Of a stretch of DNA of 64,000 nt, positions 50,403 to 60,394 are shown one piece after another. Below the pieces are notes generated by a model, which worked only from the letters and a program-made list of their open reading frames with translations, was not told the DNA's origin and did no database searches. The DNA is taken from contig CAVYSE010000011.1 of assembly GCA_963771075.1 (NCBI GenBank), forward strand, positions 320,001-384,000. The letters run 5' to 3'. A program made the position numbers and the translations under genes. Source of the DNA: a candidate division FCPU426 bacterium (GTDB lineage Bacteria > Oederibacteriota > Muellerivitia > Muellerivitales > Muellerivitaceae). Within the stretch, counting starts at the first letter, position 1. Each line of letters opens with the position of its first letter.

Positions 50403-52766
50403 ATGATGGGACGATGGTTCATTTTCCTGGGCGGGTTTCTTTCCCTTTTTGGGGCGGCATTAGCGGCGCAGGCACAGCTTGTTCTGCCCGATGCCGTTTC
50501 GAACCAGGCTGGTGTTTACAGCTTGTCAGGAAGAATTTTAGAAAAGGGAAATAAAAACCCGGTGTTGGGCGGCAGTCTTTACCTGGAACCCCTGGGTAAC
50601 ACGTTGTCCTCCACCGCCAATCTCGCGTCTTCCCCCCAGGTCCTGACCGTAGAAGCGGACCTGAAAGGCCGTTTCCAAATTTCGGTGCCGGCGGGTTTAT
50701 ACCGGCTTATCGCGGCGGGGGAGGGCTATAAGAAAATCAGCCTGGATGCTTTTTCCGTCACGCGCGACACCCATAGGGATTTTTACCTGGAGCGCGACGG
50801 GTTCACCCTGCCCGAGGTGGTGGTCACGACCAGCAAGATTCCCAAAACCCAGGTCAGCCACGAGACCCTGTCGAAGGACGAACTGGTAGAGGTGCCGGGT
50901 ACCCAGGAAGACGTCCTCAAGGCCATCCAGACCCTGCCGGGGGTGGTCACCGCCGGCTCCCTCAACGGCCAATTGTTGGTGCGGGGCAGTGGGCCCAACG
51001 ACAACCAGTACTACGTGGACAACATCCCCATCGGCTATCCCTACCACTTCGGCATTGTCTCCACGCTTGATTCGAACCTGGTGAAGGACCTGGATTTTTA
51101 TGAGGGCGGGTTTGGCCCCCAATTCCCCAATTCCCTGGGCGGTCTGGTGGATGTGACCCAGCGGGATCCCCGGTCCGACCGGTGGGGTTTTCGCGCGGAC
51201 GTGAACATCTTCCTTTCCGAAATCGAAATGGAAGGTCCCATCACCTCCAACAGTTCGCTGTCCCTTTCCGGGAGGCGCAGTTACCTGGACTTGTTCGTGA
51301 AGGATTTTTCGGGCAACGCAGGCACCTTTGAGGTGCCTGATTTTGCCGACTACCAAGTGAAGTACAGCTATAACCCCTCTCCCCAAGTGCATTGGGATTT
51401 CGTGGCCTTGGGAAGCGCCGATTCTATCGGGGGGGATATCTCGGCCTCGGCCACCTTCGCGCTCAATGACCCGGACCTGGCGGGTAATTTCAATTTCACC
51501 AATGGTTACAACAACCAGGGCGTTAATTTTCGGGATCTTTCGGATGACCAGAACAAGGTTTCCAACAGCCTTTACCACACGGACAGTTACCTTAATTTTG
51601 CCCTCGGTCCCGGTCTTTTTGAGGACAATTCCATCGAGGATTTTGGTGACAAGTTTCAGGTCGTCCACGACTTTGACGCCGATACCAGCCTGACCGGGGG
51701 CCTGCAATATGACCATTTCATCAACTCGCTGAACGCTTATTGGGCGGCCTATACCGACCAAAATGGAAGACCCAATGAGACCTTCAATCTGACCACCTCC
51801 ACCAAAATCGCCTCCCAAGGAACCGTAAATTCGGATGATTTTTCGGCCCATCTGAATCAAAAGTTCGAAATGCTGGACAAAAAACTAGAGATTTCGGTGG
51901 GGGCCAGGGCTGATTACGTGAATTCGGATAATAAGGTCTTCGGCACGCCCCGGGCCGCGGTGGCCTATCATTTGGCGGGGGATACCACGCTCAAGGCCTC
52001 TTATGGTCTATATAACGAATCCCCTGACCGGTTATTAGGGGCACCCTACCTGGACGCCAACCTGGGCAATCCCCACTTGGCTCCAGAGCAATCAATGGAT
52101 ACCGTCCTGGGGGTGGAGCAAAAACTCGATGAGTCGGGTCTTCTCATCCGGGTGGAAGCCTATGACAAGACTTTTTCCAACCTCATCGTGGTGAGCCCGG
52201 TCATTACTCCTGGCCAGACCTACGTGAACACGGGAACGGGCGATGCCCAGGGTGTGGAATTTTTCCTACGGCAGCCCCCTACGGATCGGTTCTTTGGCTG
52301 GATCGCTTACTCGCTTTGTACTTCCAACCGGCAGGACTTGCCAGGTGGCAATAGCTATCCCTTTCAGTATGACGAGCCCAATTGCTTTACCGCCGTGGGA
52401 ACCTACAAACTCAACCCGGGTTGGGACATGGGGGTGAAGGTGCTCTACTCCACGGGCCTGCCCTATACTCCGGTCGCTTCCACGGGCGTGACCGCGGTGA
52501 CCGTGAGCGGCCAGCCCACCACGATCACCGTTCCCACCTATGCCGCCACTGATTCGGCCCGATTGCCGGATTATTTCCGGATGGATTTTTCCACCTCGCT
52601 CAAGACCGTCTATGACACCTGGGAATGGCGCTTTTACCTGGATATCGTGAACCTGTTGGGAACCCAGAACGTGCTGGGTTACAACTACAATCCCACCTAT
52701 ACCCAGAAGACGGCGGAGAACGACCTGCCTTTCCTGCCTTACCTGGGGTTTGAGGTGAAGTATTAA
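50403..52766 (+). CDS. TonB-dependent receptor with N-terminal extension
   Basis: Signal peptide; LPEVVVT, DVLKAIQTLPGV, LLVRGSG plug, GRRSYLD, RLPDYFRMD, terminal aromatic residue. Confidence 0.92.
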   Translation: MMGRWFIFLGGFLSLFGAALAAQAQLVLPDAVSNQAGVYSLSGRILEKGNKNPVLGGSLYLEPLGNTLSSTANLASSPQVLTVEADLKGRFQISVPAGLYRLIAAGEGYKKISLDAFSVTRDTHRDFYLERDGFTLPEVVVTTSKIPKTQVSHETLSKDELVEVPGTQEDVLKAIQTLPGVVTAGSLNGQLLVRGSGPNDNQYYVDNIPIGYPYHFGIVSTLDSNLVKDLDFYEGGFGPQFPNSLGGLVDVTQRDPRSDRWGFRADVNIFLSEIEMEGPITSNSSLSLSGRRSYLDLFVKDFSGNAGTFEVPDFADYQVKYSYNPSPQVHWDFVALGSADSIGGDISASATFALNDPDLAGNFNFTNGYNNQGVNFRDLSDDQNKVSNSLYHTDSYLNFALGPGLFEDNSIEDFGDKFQVVHDFDADTSLTGGLQYDHFINSLNAYWAAYTDQNGRPNETFNLTTSTKIASQGTVNSDDFSAHLNQKFEMLDKKLEISVGARADYVNSDNKVFGTPRAAVAYHLAGDTTLKASYGLYNESPDRLLGAPYLDANLGNPHLAPEQSMDTVLGVEQKLDESGLLIRVEAYDKTFSNLIVVSPVITPGQTYVNTGTGDAQGVEFFLRQPPTDRFFGWIAYSLCTSNRQDLPGGNSYPFQYDEPNCFTAVGTYKLNPGWDMGVKVLYSTGLPYTPVASTGVTAVTVSGQPTTITVPTYAATDSARLPDYFRMDFSTSLKTVYDTWEWRFYLDIVNLLGTQNVLGYNYNPTYTQKTAENDLPFLPYLGFEVKY

Positions 52767-52925
52767 GGACCGGTTCATTTAATATGCGGAGGGGAGTCCC
52801 GAAAGGGCTGGGGGACTGAACGGGTTTGCCGAAACTTTTTTGTTCCATTCCAACCACCAAAGATATAGAAAGAATGTCCAATTGATCCGGTTGAACCGGG
52901 TTGGTTACTTCCAGGAGGATTGCCC

Positions 52926-54593
52926 ATGATTTCCGATACCGTGAAAAAAGGTTTGGACCGCGCCGGCCACCGGGGGCTATTGAAAGCCACGGGGGTGACG
53001 GACGCGGACATGAAAAAGCCCTTTATCGGGGTCGCCAATTCTTTCACGGATATAGTTCCCGGCCATACCCGGTTGAACAAACTGGCGGAAAAGGTCAAAA
53101 CGGCCATCCGGGAAGCGGGCGGGGTGCCCTTCGAGTTCAATACCATCGCGGTGGACGACGGGATCGCCATGGGCCACCTGGGGATGCGCTACTCCCTGGC
53201 AAGCCGGGAATTGATCGCCGACTCCGTCGAGACTATGGCCAAGGCCCATTGCTTTGACGGCATGGTTTGCCTCGCCAACTGCGACAAGATCACTCCCGGC
53301 ATGATCATGGGCGCCCTGCGGGTCAATATCCCCACCCTGTTCCTGACCGGCGGCCCCATGCAGGCGGGCACGGCGGCGGACGGCACCAAGCTGGACCTGA
53401 TCCATATCTTCGAGGGTGTGGGCAAGGTGCAGTCGGGCCAGATGACCGAGGCCCAATTGAAGGAAATCGAGGATAAGGCATGCCCCTCCTGCGGTTCCTG
53501 CTCGGGCATGTTTACCGCCAATTCCATGAACTGCTTATTGGAAGCGGTCGGCTTGGCCCTGCCGGGCAACGGCACCATTTTGGCGGTGGACCCAATCCGG
53601 GAATCCCTGATTCCCTTGGCCGCCACACGCATCATGGCCATGGTGGCTGAAAACGTGAGGCCGAGGGACCTGGTGACCTTGGAATCCATGGACAACGCTT
53701 TCGCGCTCGACATGGCCATGGGGGGTTCTACCAACACGGTATTACATGCCCTGGCGATCGCCATCGAAGCGGGGCTGGATTACCCTTTGGAACGCATCAA
53801 TGAAATTTCCGCGCGCACCCCCTGCCTTTGCAAGGTCTCGCCCTCGCGCATGGACGTTCATATGGAGGACGTGGATAGGGCCGGGGGGATCAGTGGAATC
53901 TTGAAAGAATTGGCCCGCAAGCCGGGGGCGTTGAATTTGAACAGGCCGACGGTGACGGGTAAGACCCTGGGTGAGAACGTGGCGGGAGCCAAGAGCCCGG
54001 ACGGCAACGTAATCCGCACGGTCGAAAAACCTTTCACACTGGACGGGGGCCTGGCGGTACTCTTCGGCAACCTGGCGCCCAAGGGCGCGGTGATCAAGAC
54101 CGCGGGGGTTGACCCCGAATGCTGGGTGTTCGAGGGCAAGGCGGTGGTCTTTAACACGCAGGATGACTGCCTGGCGGCTTTGGCCAAACGGGCCATCCAG
54201 CCGGGGGACGTGGTGGTCCTCCGCTATGAGGGACCCAAGGGCGGGCCCGGGATGCCGGAAATGCTATCCCCGACTTCCATGATCAAGGGGCAGGGGCTAG
54301 GGAAGAAAGTTGCCTTGATCACCGACGGACGATTTTCAGGCGGAACCTCCGGCACCTGCCTGGGGCATATCAGCCCCGAGGCCGCTGAAGGCGGCCCCAT
54401 CGCGTTGGTGAAGGACGGGGATCGAATCCTGATCGATATTCCCAAAAGGACCCTGACACTGAAGGCGGAGGAGGGGGAATTAAAGCGCAGGCAGGAGGCT
54501 TGGAAGGCGCCCGAACCTAAGATCAAGACGGGTTGGCTGGGTCGCTACGCGCGAATGGTGACGAGCGCGAACAGGGGCGCGGTGCTGGAATAA
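52926..54593 (+). CDS. ilvD: Dihydroxy-acid dehydratase
   Basis: [53 protein letters not shown]. Confidence 0.98.
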   Translation: MISDTVKKGLDRAGHRGLLKATGVTDADMKKPFIGVANSFTDIVPGHTRLNKLAEKVKTAIREAGGVPFEFNTIAVDDGIAMGHLGMRYSLASRELIADSVETMAKAHCFDGMVCLANCDKITPGMIMGALRVNIPTLFLTGGPMQAGTAADGTKLDLIHIFEGVGKVQSGQMTEAQLKEIEDKACPSCGSCSGMFTANSMNCLLEAVGLALPGNGTILAVDPIRESLIPLAATRIMAMVAENVRPRDLVTLESMDNAFALDMAMGGSTNTVLHALAIAIEAGLDYPLERINEISARTPCLCKVSPSRMDVHMEDVDRAGGISGILKELARKPGALNLNRPTVTGKTLGENVAGAKSPDGNVIRTVEKPFTLDGGLAVLFGNLAPKGAVIKTAGVDPECWVFEGKAVVFNTQDDCLAALAKRAIQPGDVVVLRYEGPKGGPGMPEMLSPTSMIKGQGLGKKVALITDGRFSGGTSGTCLGHISPEAAEGGPIALVKDGDRILIDIPKRTLTLKAEEGELKRRQEAWKAPEPKIKTGWLGRYARMVTSANRGAVLE

Positions 54594-54789
54594 AGAAACT
54601 TTCCAATATTCACCACAGAGGCACGGAGACGCAGTTAAGAACCTGAAAAATCCGGATAAACAAATTGTCATTAAAAACTATCCCGCTATGTCTCTGTCAC
54701 CTTTTTGCATGAAAGCCAAAGAAAACGGAACAATGCTGAACTCATAATGAAATTTATAGAAGGTCAGCATGGAGTGAGGGGGGAGTCTC

Positions 54790-56007
54790 TTAATTCTGCT
54801 TATATCCCATGAATTTTTCGATTCGGTCATTCTTGGCGTCGGCAACGTAAAGGAAGCCGTTGAAATCCACCGCCAGGCCTGAAAGCCCGTTGAAGTCCCC
54901 CGGCTGGGTGCCAAACCGGCCCCAGGAACCCAATGGCTTCAATTGGGTGTCCAAAACCTGCACCCGGTAGTTGCCGCTGTCCGCCGCGTAGAGCCTGCCT
55001 GTCTTATCAAAAGCCAAACCTTGGACCTTGTGGAATTGGCCCACTTCGGAACCGAAGGTCCCCGTCTGGGCGATAAAATTACCCTCCGGGTCGAACTTTT
55101 GAATCCTTTCGGAGTAATCCGCGACATAGACGTTTCCGTCGGGGTCGACCGCGATGCCGTGGGGCTGGAAGAACATTCCGTGATCCTTGCCGTTTGATCC
55201 CCAGGTCTTGACGCATTTTCCGTCCGTATCAAATTTCTGAACGCGGTTATTATCCATGTCGGTGACGTAAATCTCGTCTTTGGAGCTGATGGCGATTCCC
55301 CAGGGTTGTTTGAACATTCCAGGGTCGGCTCCCAGGCTTCCCCACCCATTTAGATAAACCCCGTTCAAGTCGAATTTCTGGATTCGGTTGTTTTGTGAAT
55401 CAACGACGTATAGGAATTCTTTGGAATCGACAGCCAGTTCGATGGGACCGGTGAATTGCCCGACCGCCGCGCCCGGGCCGCCCCAAGCCGACATGAAATT
55501 TCCATTCGGGTCGAACTTTTCGATCCGGTTGTTGTCCCGGTCCGTCAGGTACAAGTTCCCATTGTGGTCCGTCGCGACACCCAAGGGCATGCGCATGTCT
55601 CCTGGATCGGATCCCTCTTCCCCGAAAGTGAAGATGCATTTGGGGCTGGGATGCATGGCCTGGTTGATGAAGTTATTTCCCAACATCAGGAAAATTAAGA
55701 AGGCCACGATCAACACGGAGAGGATGATAAGGGTGGTTTTGCTGATGAAAGGCTTGGCTGGAGTCGCGGGTTTTTCTTCCCCTAAAACAGGGGAGGGGAC
55801 GTTTTTTTCGGGTTGATCGACATGTTCTGGGGCGACTTGTTCCGCGGCAGGGGAAGTGTCAGGCGGAGCCGGGGATGATAAGGGTGCCTCAACGGGCTGG
55901 GTGGCCGAGTGGCGTTGGTTCCATTTCGCGAAGACCAAACCGCAACTTTCACAATCGGTACGGGTTTCGGCCTGTTCAAAACCGCAACCGGGGCACTTCA
56001 TAAGCAC
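54790..56007 (-). CDS. NHL-repeat beta-propeller with N-terminal zinc ribbon and one TM
   Basis: CPGC..CESC, Pro-rich linker, TM, six NHL repeats (PxGIAVD...YVAD..NNRIQKFD). Confidence 0.9.
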   Translation of the reverse strand: MLMKCPGCGFEQAETRTDCESCGLVFAKWNQRHSATQPVEAPLSSPAPPDTSPAAEQVAPEHVDQPEKNVPSPVLGEEKPATPAKPFISKTTLIILSVLIVAFLIFLMLGNNFINQAMHPSPKCIFTFGEEGSDPGDMRMPLGVATDHNGNLYLTDRDNNRIEKFDPNGNFMSAWGGPGAAVGQFTGPIELAVDSKEFLYVVDSQNNRIQKFDLNGVYLNGWGSLGADPGMFKQPWGIAISSKDEIYVTDMDNNRVQKFDTDGKCVKTWGSNGKDHGMFFQPHGIAVDPDGNVYVADYSERIQKFDPEGNFIAQTGTFGSEVGQFHKVQGLAFDKTGRLYAADSGNYRVQVLDTQLKPLGSWGRFGTQPGDFNGLSGLAVDFNGFLYVADAKNDRIEKFMGYKQN

Positions 56008-56240
56008 CTCTTAAGAATAGAAATTAAGGATTTTCCCCGTACAAACGGCTTCCACAGGTTAATTATACAGTTGAATCGTTTACCAAAACTGTCTTTTTGG
56101 AGAGGGTTAAGCCATAAAATGGCTTATTTATTTAAAAAAAGTTTCAAACCCGCCTTGTCGTTTTACCTGAATCCATCTTCATTAGGTGGGAATGGCCTGG
56201 TTGGTCCTCTCGATTCGGGAGTGTGATATTACTCTTTTAT

Positions 56241-56264
56241 TGTAATACTCTACATATTTGTAGT
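56241..56264. promoter_or_regulatory. Candidate activator site upstream of the porin promoter
   Basis: TGTAATACTCTACATATTTGTAGT, resembling 30871 and 43220. Confidence 0.5.
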
Positions 56265-56328
56265 ATCGCTTGTTTTTAAAAACACTTTAATAACAACAGT
56301 TTTGGGCCGCTTTTGGAATTTACACGAA

Positions 56329-56344
56329 TGGCATGTTGTTTGCT
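56329..56344 (+). promoter_or_regulatory. Sigma54 -24/-12 promoter
   Basis: TGGCAT-GTTGT-TTGCT. Confidence 0.8.
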
Positions 56345-56431
56345 TTTCGTTAGGCCGTGTTGGTGGTCGAAAGGTTCTTCCCTGAGGAACCCTTCGGATT
56401 TTGGGATGGAAATTATTCTTAGGAGGATGAG

Positions 56432-57625
56432 ATGAGTAAGTTCAAAAAGTTGTTCAGCTTATTGGCCTCGATCGCGCTCTCGAGCGTGATGGCTCCGGCC
56501 TTGGCGCAGACGGCGGCGACTACGCCAGCCGCTGCTGCTGCGGCGACACCTACGCCGGTGCCGACCCCGGCCGTGACGGTGGATGGTTTGGTGGATGCTT
56601 ATTATTCGTACAATTTCACCAACCCGGGAACGAGTTCTTCGACGGCGGGCAAGAACACGGGTTATTTCTATAACTCGGCCACCGATTCATTCACTTTGGG
56701 TTTGGCGGAAGCCAAGATAACCGCCACCCAAGGCGCGGCCAGCGGCCATTTGGTTTTGGGGTACGGAGAAGAATCTTCGTTGAACATCGGCGCGGCTCCT
56801 GGAATTGATGTCCTGCAAGCCTATGTGTCCTACAACCCCGGGCAATGGACATTCAATTTCGGGAAATTCGTCACCTGGATGGGATATGAGGTGATCGAAT
56901 CCACAGGCAACATGAACTACAGCCATTCACTGTTGTTCGGTGCCTTGCCCTTCTGGCATACCGGTTTCAGCGCGAACTATGCCCCCTCTTCGACATTCAA
57001 TGCGACTGTGTACGTGACTGACGGGGACAACACCACGAACGCCACCCCATTGGGCAAAACCTACGGGTTGGAACTGGGCATCACGCCCAATTCCATGTGG
57101 ACCATCACCTTGAACGGGATCCTGTCTCCCTTCACAGAGCCTGTCTCCTTCACTACGCAAAACTCGTTCACAGGTGAGGCCATCATCGGGTACAAGCCCG
57201 ATGGCAACTGGTCCTTCGCCTTGGACGGCCAATATGGAATGTGGAGCATGCCTTCCGGGATTGATTCGCCCAGCTACTTCGGGGCGGCCCTCTATGGCAA
57301 ATACCAAATTCAGAGTGACTATTCTGCCGCTCTGCGTTTGGAATACCTGAATGACTCGGAGAACACGGCTTATGCCCTCGGCAGTGGAGGCAGCCTCTAT
57401 GGCAACGGAGATGCTTCCGGCAAGAGCGACGGGTTCACGGGAATGGAAGCCACTTTGACCCTGGAACACGACTTCACGCCGAACATGATCGCCCGACTGG
57501 AGGGCCGGATCGACATGGCCACCGACAGCGCCACGGGCGGAACGAACGATGTGTTCGCCACCGGCACAACGTCTTTGTCTTCCAGCATGGTCACTGGAAC
57601 AGCAAGCGTAGCTTACACGTTCTAA
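56432..57625 (+). CDS. Outer-membrane beta-barrel porin (BBP2/DUF1597-like)
   Basis: Signal peptide; GLVDAYYSYNF, QAYVSY, GKFVTWMGYEVIE...NYSHSLLF...PFWHTG, LRLEYLND; terminal Phe. Confidence 0.85.
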   Translation: MSKFKKLFSLLASIALSSVMAPALAQTAATTPAAAAAATPTPVPTPAVTVDGLVDAYYSYNFTNPGTSSSTAGKNTGYFYNSATDSFTLGLAEAKITATQGAASGHLVLGYGEESSLNIGAAPGIDVLQAYVSYNPGQWTFNFGKFVTWMGYEVIESTGNMNYSHSLLFGALPFWHTGFSANYAPSSTFNATVYVTDGDNTTNATPLGKTYGLELGITPNSMWTITLNGILSPFTEPVSFTTQNSFTGEAIIGYKPDGNWSFALDGQYGMWSMPSGIDSPSYFGAALYGKYQIQSDYSAALRLEYLNDSENTAYALGSGGSLYGNGDASGKSDGFTGMEATLTLEHDFTPNMIARLEGRIDMATDSATGGTNDVFATGTTSLSSSMVTGTASVAYTF

Positions 57626-57841
57626 GTTTTGTTGAAAAATTACTCTGGAAGCCCGGCGTCAACGCCGGGCCCGGGGGTAAGGGCTCCGAGGAACCCTTAC
57701 CTACGGTGAATCTGGGAAAATTAGACGGGATTTAAGGAGACCACGAGAGAAAAGGCAGTTGGTTTAAAGTTTCCATTCTCTCTCTCTCCCTTCTGGGGCA
57801 AAGGGGGGTCAGCCCGGCCAAGGCTGGCCCCTCTGTTGTTT

Positions 57842-57876
57842 GTCGGCAGTCGACAGTCCGCTGTTGACAGTTCGCA
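57842..57876. repeat. Degenerate heptamer tandem repeat (GTCGRCA-like)
   Basis: GTCGGCA GTCGACA GTCCGCT GTTGACA GTTCGCA; also 58866-58886, 59770-59797 and 59884-59911 (inverted). Confidence 0.7.
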
Positions 57877-57930
57877 GATTAGACGTTAAAAGCCTGACGA
57901 TTGACAGACAAGCGCGAACTGGAGTCAACC

Positions 57931-58302
57931 ATGTTTAAAATTGAAGCTATTATTCGGCCCGAGAAATTGGAGGCCGTTCAACTCAAATTGCGCAAGATCG
58001 GCTATCCCGGCATGATGGTCACCGAAATGGAAGGCCATGGCCGCCAGAAAGGACTGCACTCCGGCTGGCCGGATTCCCTCCGGGTCAATTTTCTCCCCAA
58101 AACCAAGCTGGAGATCGTCGTGGAAAAACGTCATCTCAACGCGGTTATCCAGGCGATCCTCAAGGGGGCGCGCACGGGGGAGATGGGCGACGGAAAGATT
58201 TTCATCATTGAGATCAAGAACGCCATCCGTATCCGTACGGGGGAGCGGGGTTCGACGGCCATTTCAATGAAAGAAAAGGCTGAAAAACCCAAAAAGAAAT
58301 AA
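57931..58302 (+). CDS. P-II protein with short T-loop and basic tail
   Basis: MFKIEAIIRP...GHGRQKG...FLPK...GDGKIF...RIRTGE; GGAG RBS. Confidence 0.92.
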   Translation: MFKIEAIIRPEKLEAVQLKLRKIGYPGMMVTEMEGHGRQKGLHSGWPDSLRVNFLPKTKLEIVVEKRHLNAVIQAILKGARTGEMGDGKIFIIEIKNAIRIRTGERGSTAISMKEKAEKPKKK

Positions 58303-58407
58303 ATTTTTCCACCTTACTGTTTAAAGAGAGCCTCCTACGGGTGGTTTCAATTTGTTTTGGTTTTTAGTACGATACCGCCCACGTTTTACCACCCGGAGGT
58401 TTTGCCC

Positions 58408-58860
58408 ATGACCCAGGCCTTTCCCACCCCTTATGTCTTTGTTTACGATGTTTTTTTGAAGGACGCGGTCAAACATGTGAAAATCGCCTCCTATATCAAG
58501 ACCTGGGCGCGTGCCGAGATGCCGGGTAAGCTTTACCAAATACCCACGGGCTTGCCCCTTGCCATCGATGAACCCGGGGCGGTCATATATGGGGAAGTGA
58601 TGAGTTTTGAGTCTATGGAAGAGGTGATGGCGGTCATCGACGCACAGGAAGGCTATCGCCCGGATGCCCCCCAATCGAGCCGGTTGATCCGGGAAGTCCG
58701 TGAAGTGACGGTATCCGCTACCGGCGAGAAATTGCAGGCCATGGTTTACCTATACCCCAAGGAAAAATTCAACGCCAAGGAAATGTACGCGGTGCTGGCA
58801 CACGGGGGCGATTGGCGGAAGTTCATCATGATGCCCCGGTTCGACGGGTACCAACATTAA
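58408..58860 (+). CDS. Gamma-glutamylcyclotransferase (GGACT/AIG2)-like protein
   Basis: VFVYD, GKLY, IYGEV, IDAQEGY, AMVYLY, GDW; GGAGG RBS. Confidence 0.75.
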   Translation: MTQAFPTPYVFVYDVFLKDAVKHVKIASYIKTWARAEMPGKLYQIPTGLPLAIDEPGAVIYGEVMSFESMEEVMAVIDAQEGYRPDAPQSSRLIREVREVTVSATGEKLQAMVYLYPKEKFNAKEMYAVLAHGGDWRKFIMMPRFDGYQH

Positions 58861-58913
58861 AGGCAGCTGGCAGTCGGCGGTCGACAGCAAGGCAAAAGCG
58901 AAAACCACAAGTC

Positions 58914-58948
58914 CAAAAGGGTACGGGGAACCGTACCCTTTTGTTTTA
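58914..58948 (+). terminator. Intrinsic terminator
   Basis: AAAAGGGTACGG-GGAA-CCGTACCCTTTTGTTTT. Confidence 0.8.
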
Positions 58949-58978
58949 TACTCGGCTTTTTAAATAAGGGTTACCCGA

Positions 58979-59770
58979 TTGATCTTGAAAATCGCCTTTC
59001 TTTATTTCGGCTATATGGCATGGGGTTGCTTTGCCCTTTTGCCCCTCGTTTCCCTTCGGGAGATTGGGCAGGGATTTTACCGATTCTTCGGTTTTCTTTG
59101 CGCGGCACTCGCGACCCTTTCCATCGGTATTGCGATCTATGAGTGGGCGGGACTGGGGGAAACTTACCGGTCCTCCTCCTGCGCCTTAAGCGCCTTCCTT
59201 TTTTTCAACCTTTGCTTCACGGCCGCTTTAAAGGCGAGGGCGCGTGCTTTACTTTGGTCAGTTTGGGCATTGGGGTTGGCCAGCGGGATATTGGCCTTGG
59301 CCATTTACCCCTGGTCGACCCTGAACCAAGGGTTTTTATTGGGGTTCGACGCGGTTTCCTCCGCACTTGTTTTGGGAGCGGGCATCCTGGCCATGATGCT
59401 GGGCCATTGGTATCTGGTGACTCCCAAATTGTCGATCAAACCCTTGAAGCGGTATTCAGCGGCCTATATCCTTCTGACGGTTTTTACAGCCCTAAAACTT
59501 CTTTTGAGTTATCACCTCGCCGTGGGTTGGGGGTCGGAACCGGTCACCCCAGAGGGCGCCCGGTTAATGGGGGACGACCTGGTCTTCATGCTTTTTCGGG
59601 TCACCTGGGGCGTGATGGCGCCACTCGCGGGGGCGTACTTTATCTGGGAAACGGTCAAGATCAAATCCACCCAATCGGCCACAGGCATTCTTTACGCCTC
59701 CATGGTTTGCACAATCATTGGGGAAGGGATGGGACTCTTTTTGACGCTTTCGACGGGAGTACCGTTTTAG
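58979..59770 (+). CDS. Conserved multi-TM hypothetical protein
   Basis: ~8 TM segments; MLGHWYLVTP and STQSATGILY motifs. Confidence 0.75.
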   Translation: MILKIAFLYFGYMAWGCFALLPLVSLREIGQGFYRFFGFLCAALATLSIGIAIYEWAGLGETYRSSSCALSAFLFFNLCFTAALKARARALLWSVWALGLASGILALAIYPWSTLNQGFLLGFDAVSSALVLGAGILAMMLGHWYLVTPKLSIKPLKRYSAAYILLTVFTALKLLLSYHLAVGWGSEPVTPEGARLMGDDLVFMLFRVTWGVMAPLAGAYFIWETVKIKSTQSATGILYASMVCTIIGEGMGLFLTLSTGVPF

Positions 59771-59920
59771 TTGGAAGTTGGCGGTTCGCAGTCGGCAGCT
59801 TAAAACTTAAATCAAAGACGAAACAAAGGTGCATTTAGTGGACAAGAATATTTTCCTTCGGTTTTCGGGGGTTGGGTTTTTACTGCCAACTGCGAACTGT
59901 CGACTGTCGACGGGTGTCTA

Positions 59921-60394
59921 ATGGAAATAAATACCTTTTGCCCGGAATGCGAAAACGGCTTATTCCTATCCGAAATGCCTAAGCCTGGCTTGGTACCTTG
60001 CTCCAAGTGTGGAAAAGGGAGGGAAGCCAAAGGGAATGGCAGGCTTGCGAAAGACGGTTCGGTTGAAAAGTGCGGCCTTTGCGGATGCGAGGAATTTTAC
60101 CGTCTGAAGGATTTCAACACCAAATTGGGTTTATGGACGGTGGTGTTGATATTTGCTTTGGCCCTGATCTTTGAGAAATGGTTCTTTCCAATATTAATAG
60201 CCGGAGCGGTATTGGATTTGGCCTTGTACTTCCTGCTTCCGGATGTGGTGGAGTGCTACGATTGCAAGGCAGTCTACCGTGGGTTACCCTTTTCGCCGGA
60301 CCACAAGGGGTTTGACCTGGCGATTCACGATAAATACGTTTTTAAGAAAAAAAGCAGGACAAACATGCAAAATAAGGAAGTCACCCATGACTGA
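59921..60394 (+). CDS. Zinc-ribbon membrane protein
   Basis: CPEC, CSKC, CGLC, TM hairpin, CYDC. Confidence 0.8.
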   Translation: MEINTFCPECENGLFLSEMPKPGLVPCSKCGKGREAKGNGRLAKDGSVEKCGLCGCEEFYRLKDFNTKLGLWTVVLIFALALIFEKWFFPILIAGAVLDLALYFLLPDVVECYDCKAVYRGLPFSPDHKGFDLAIHDKYVFKKKSRTNMQNKEVTHD

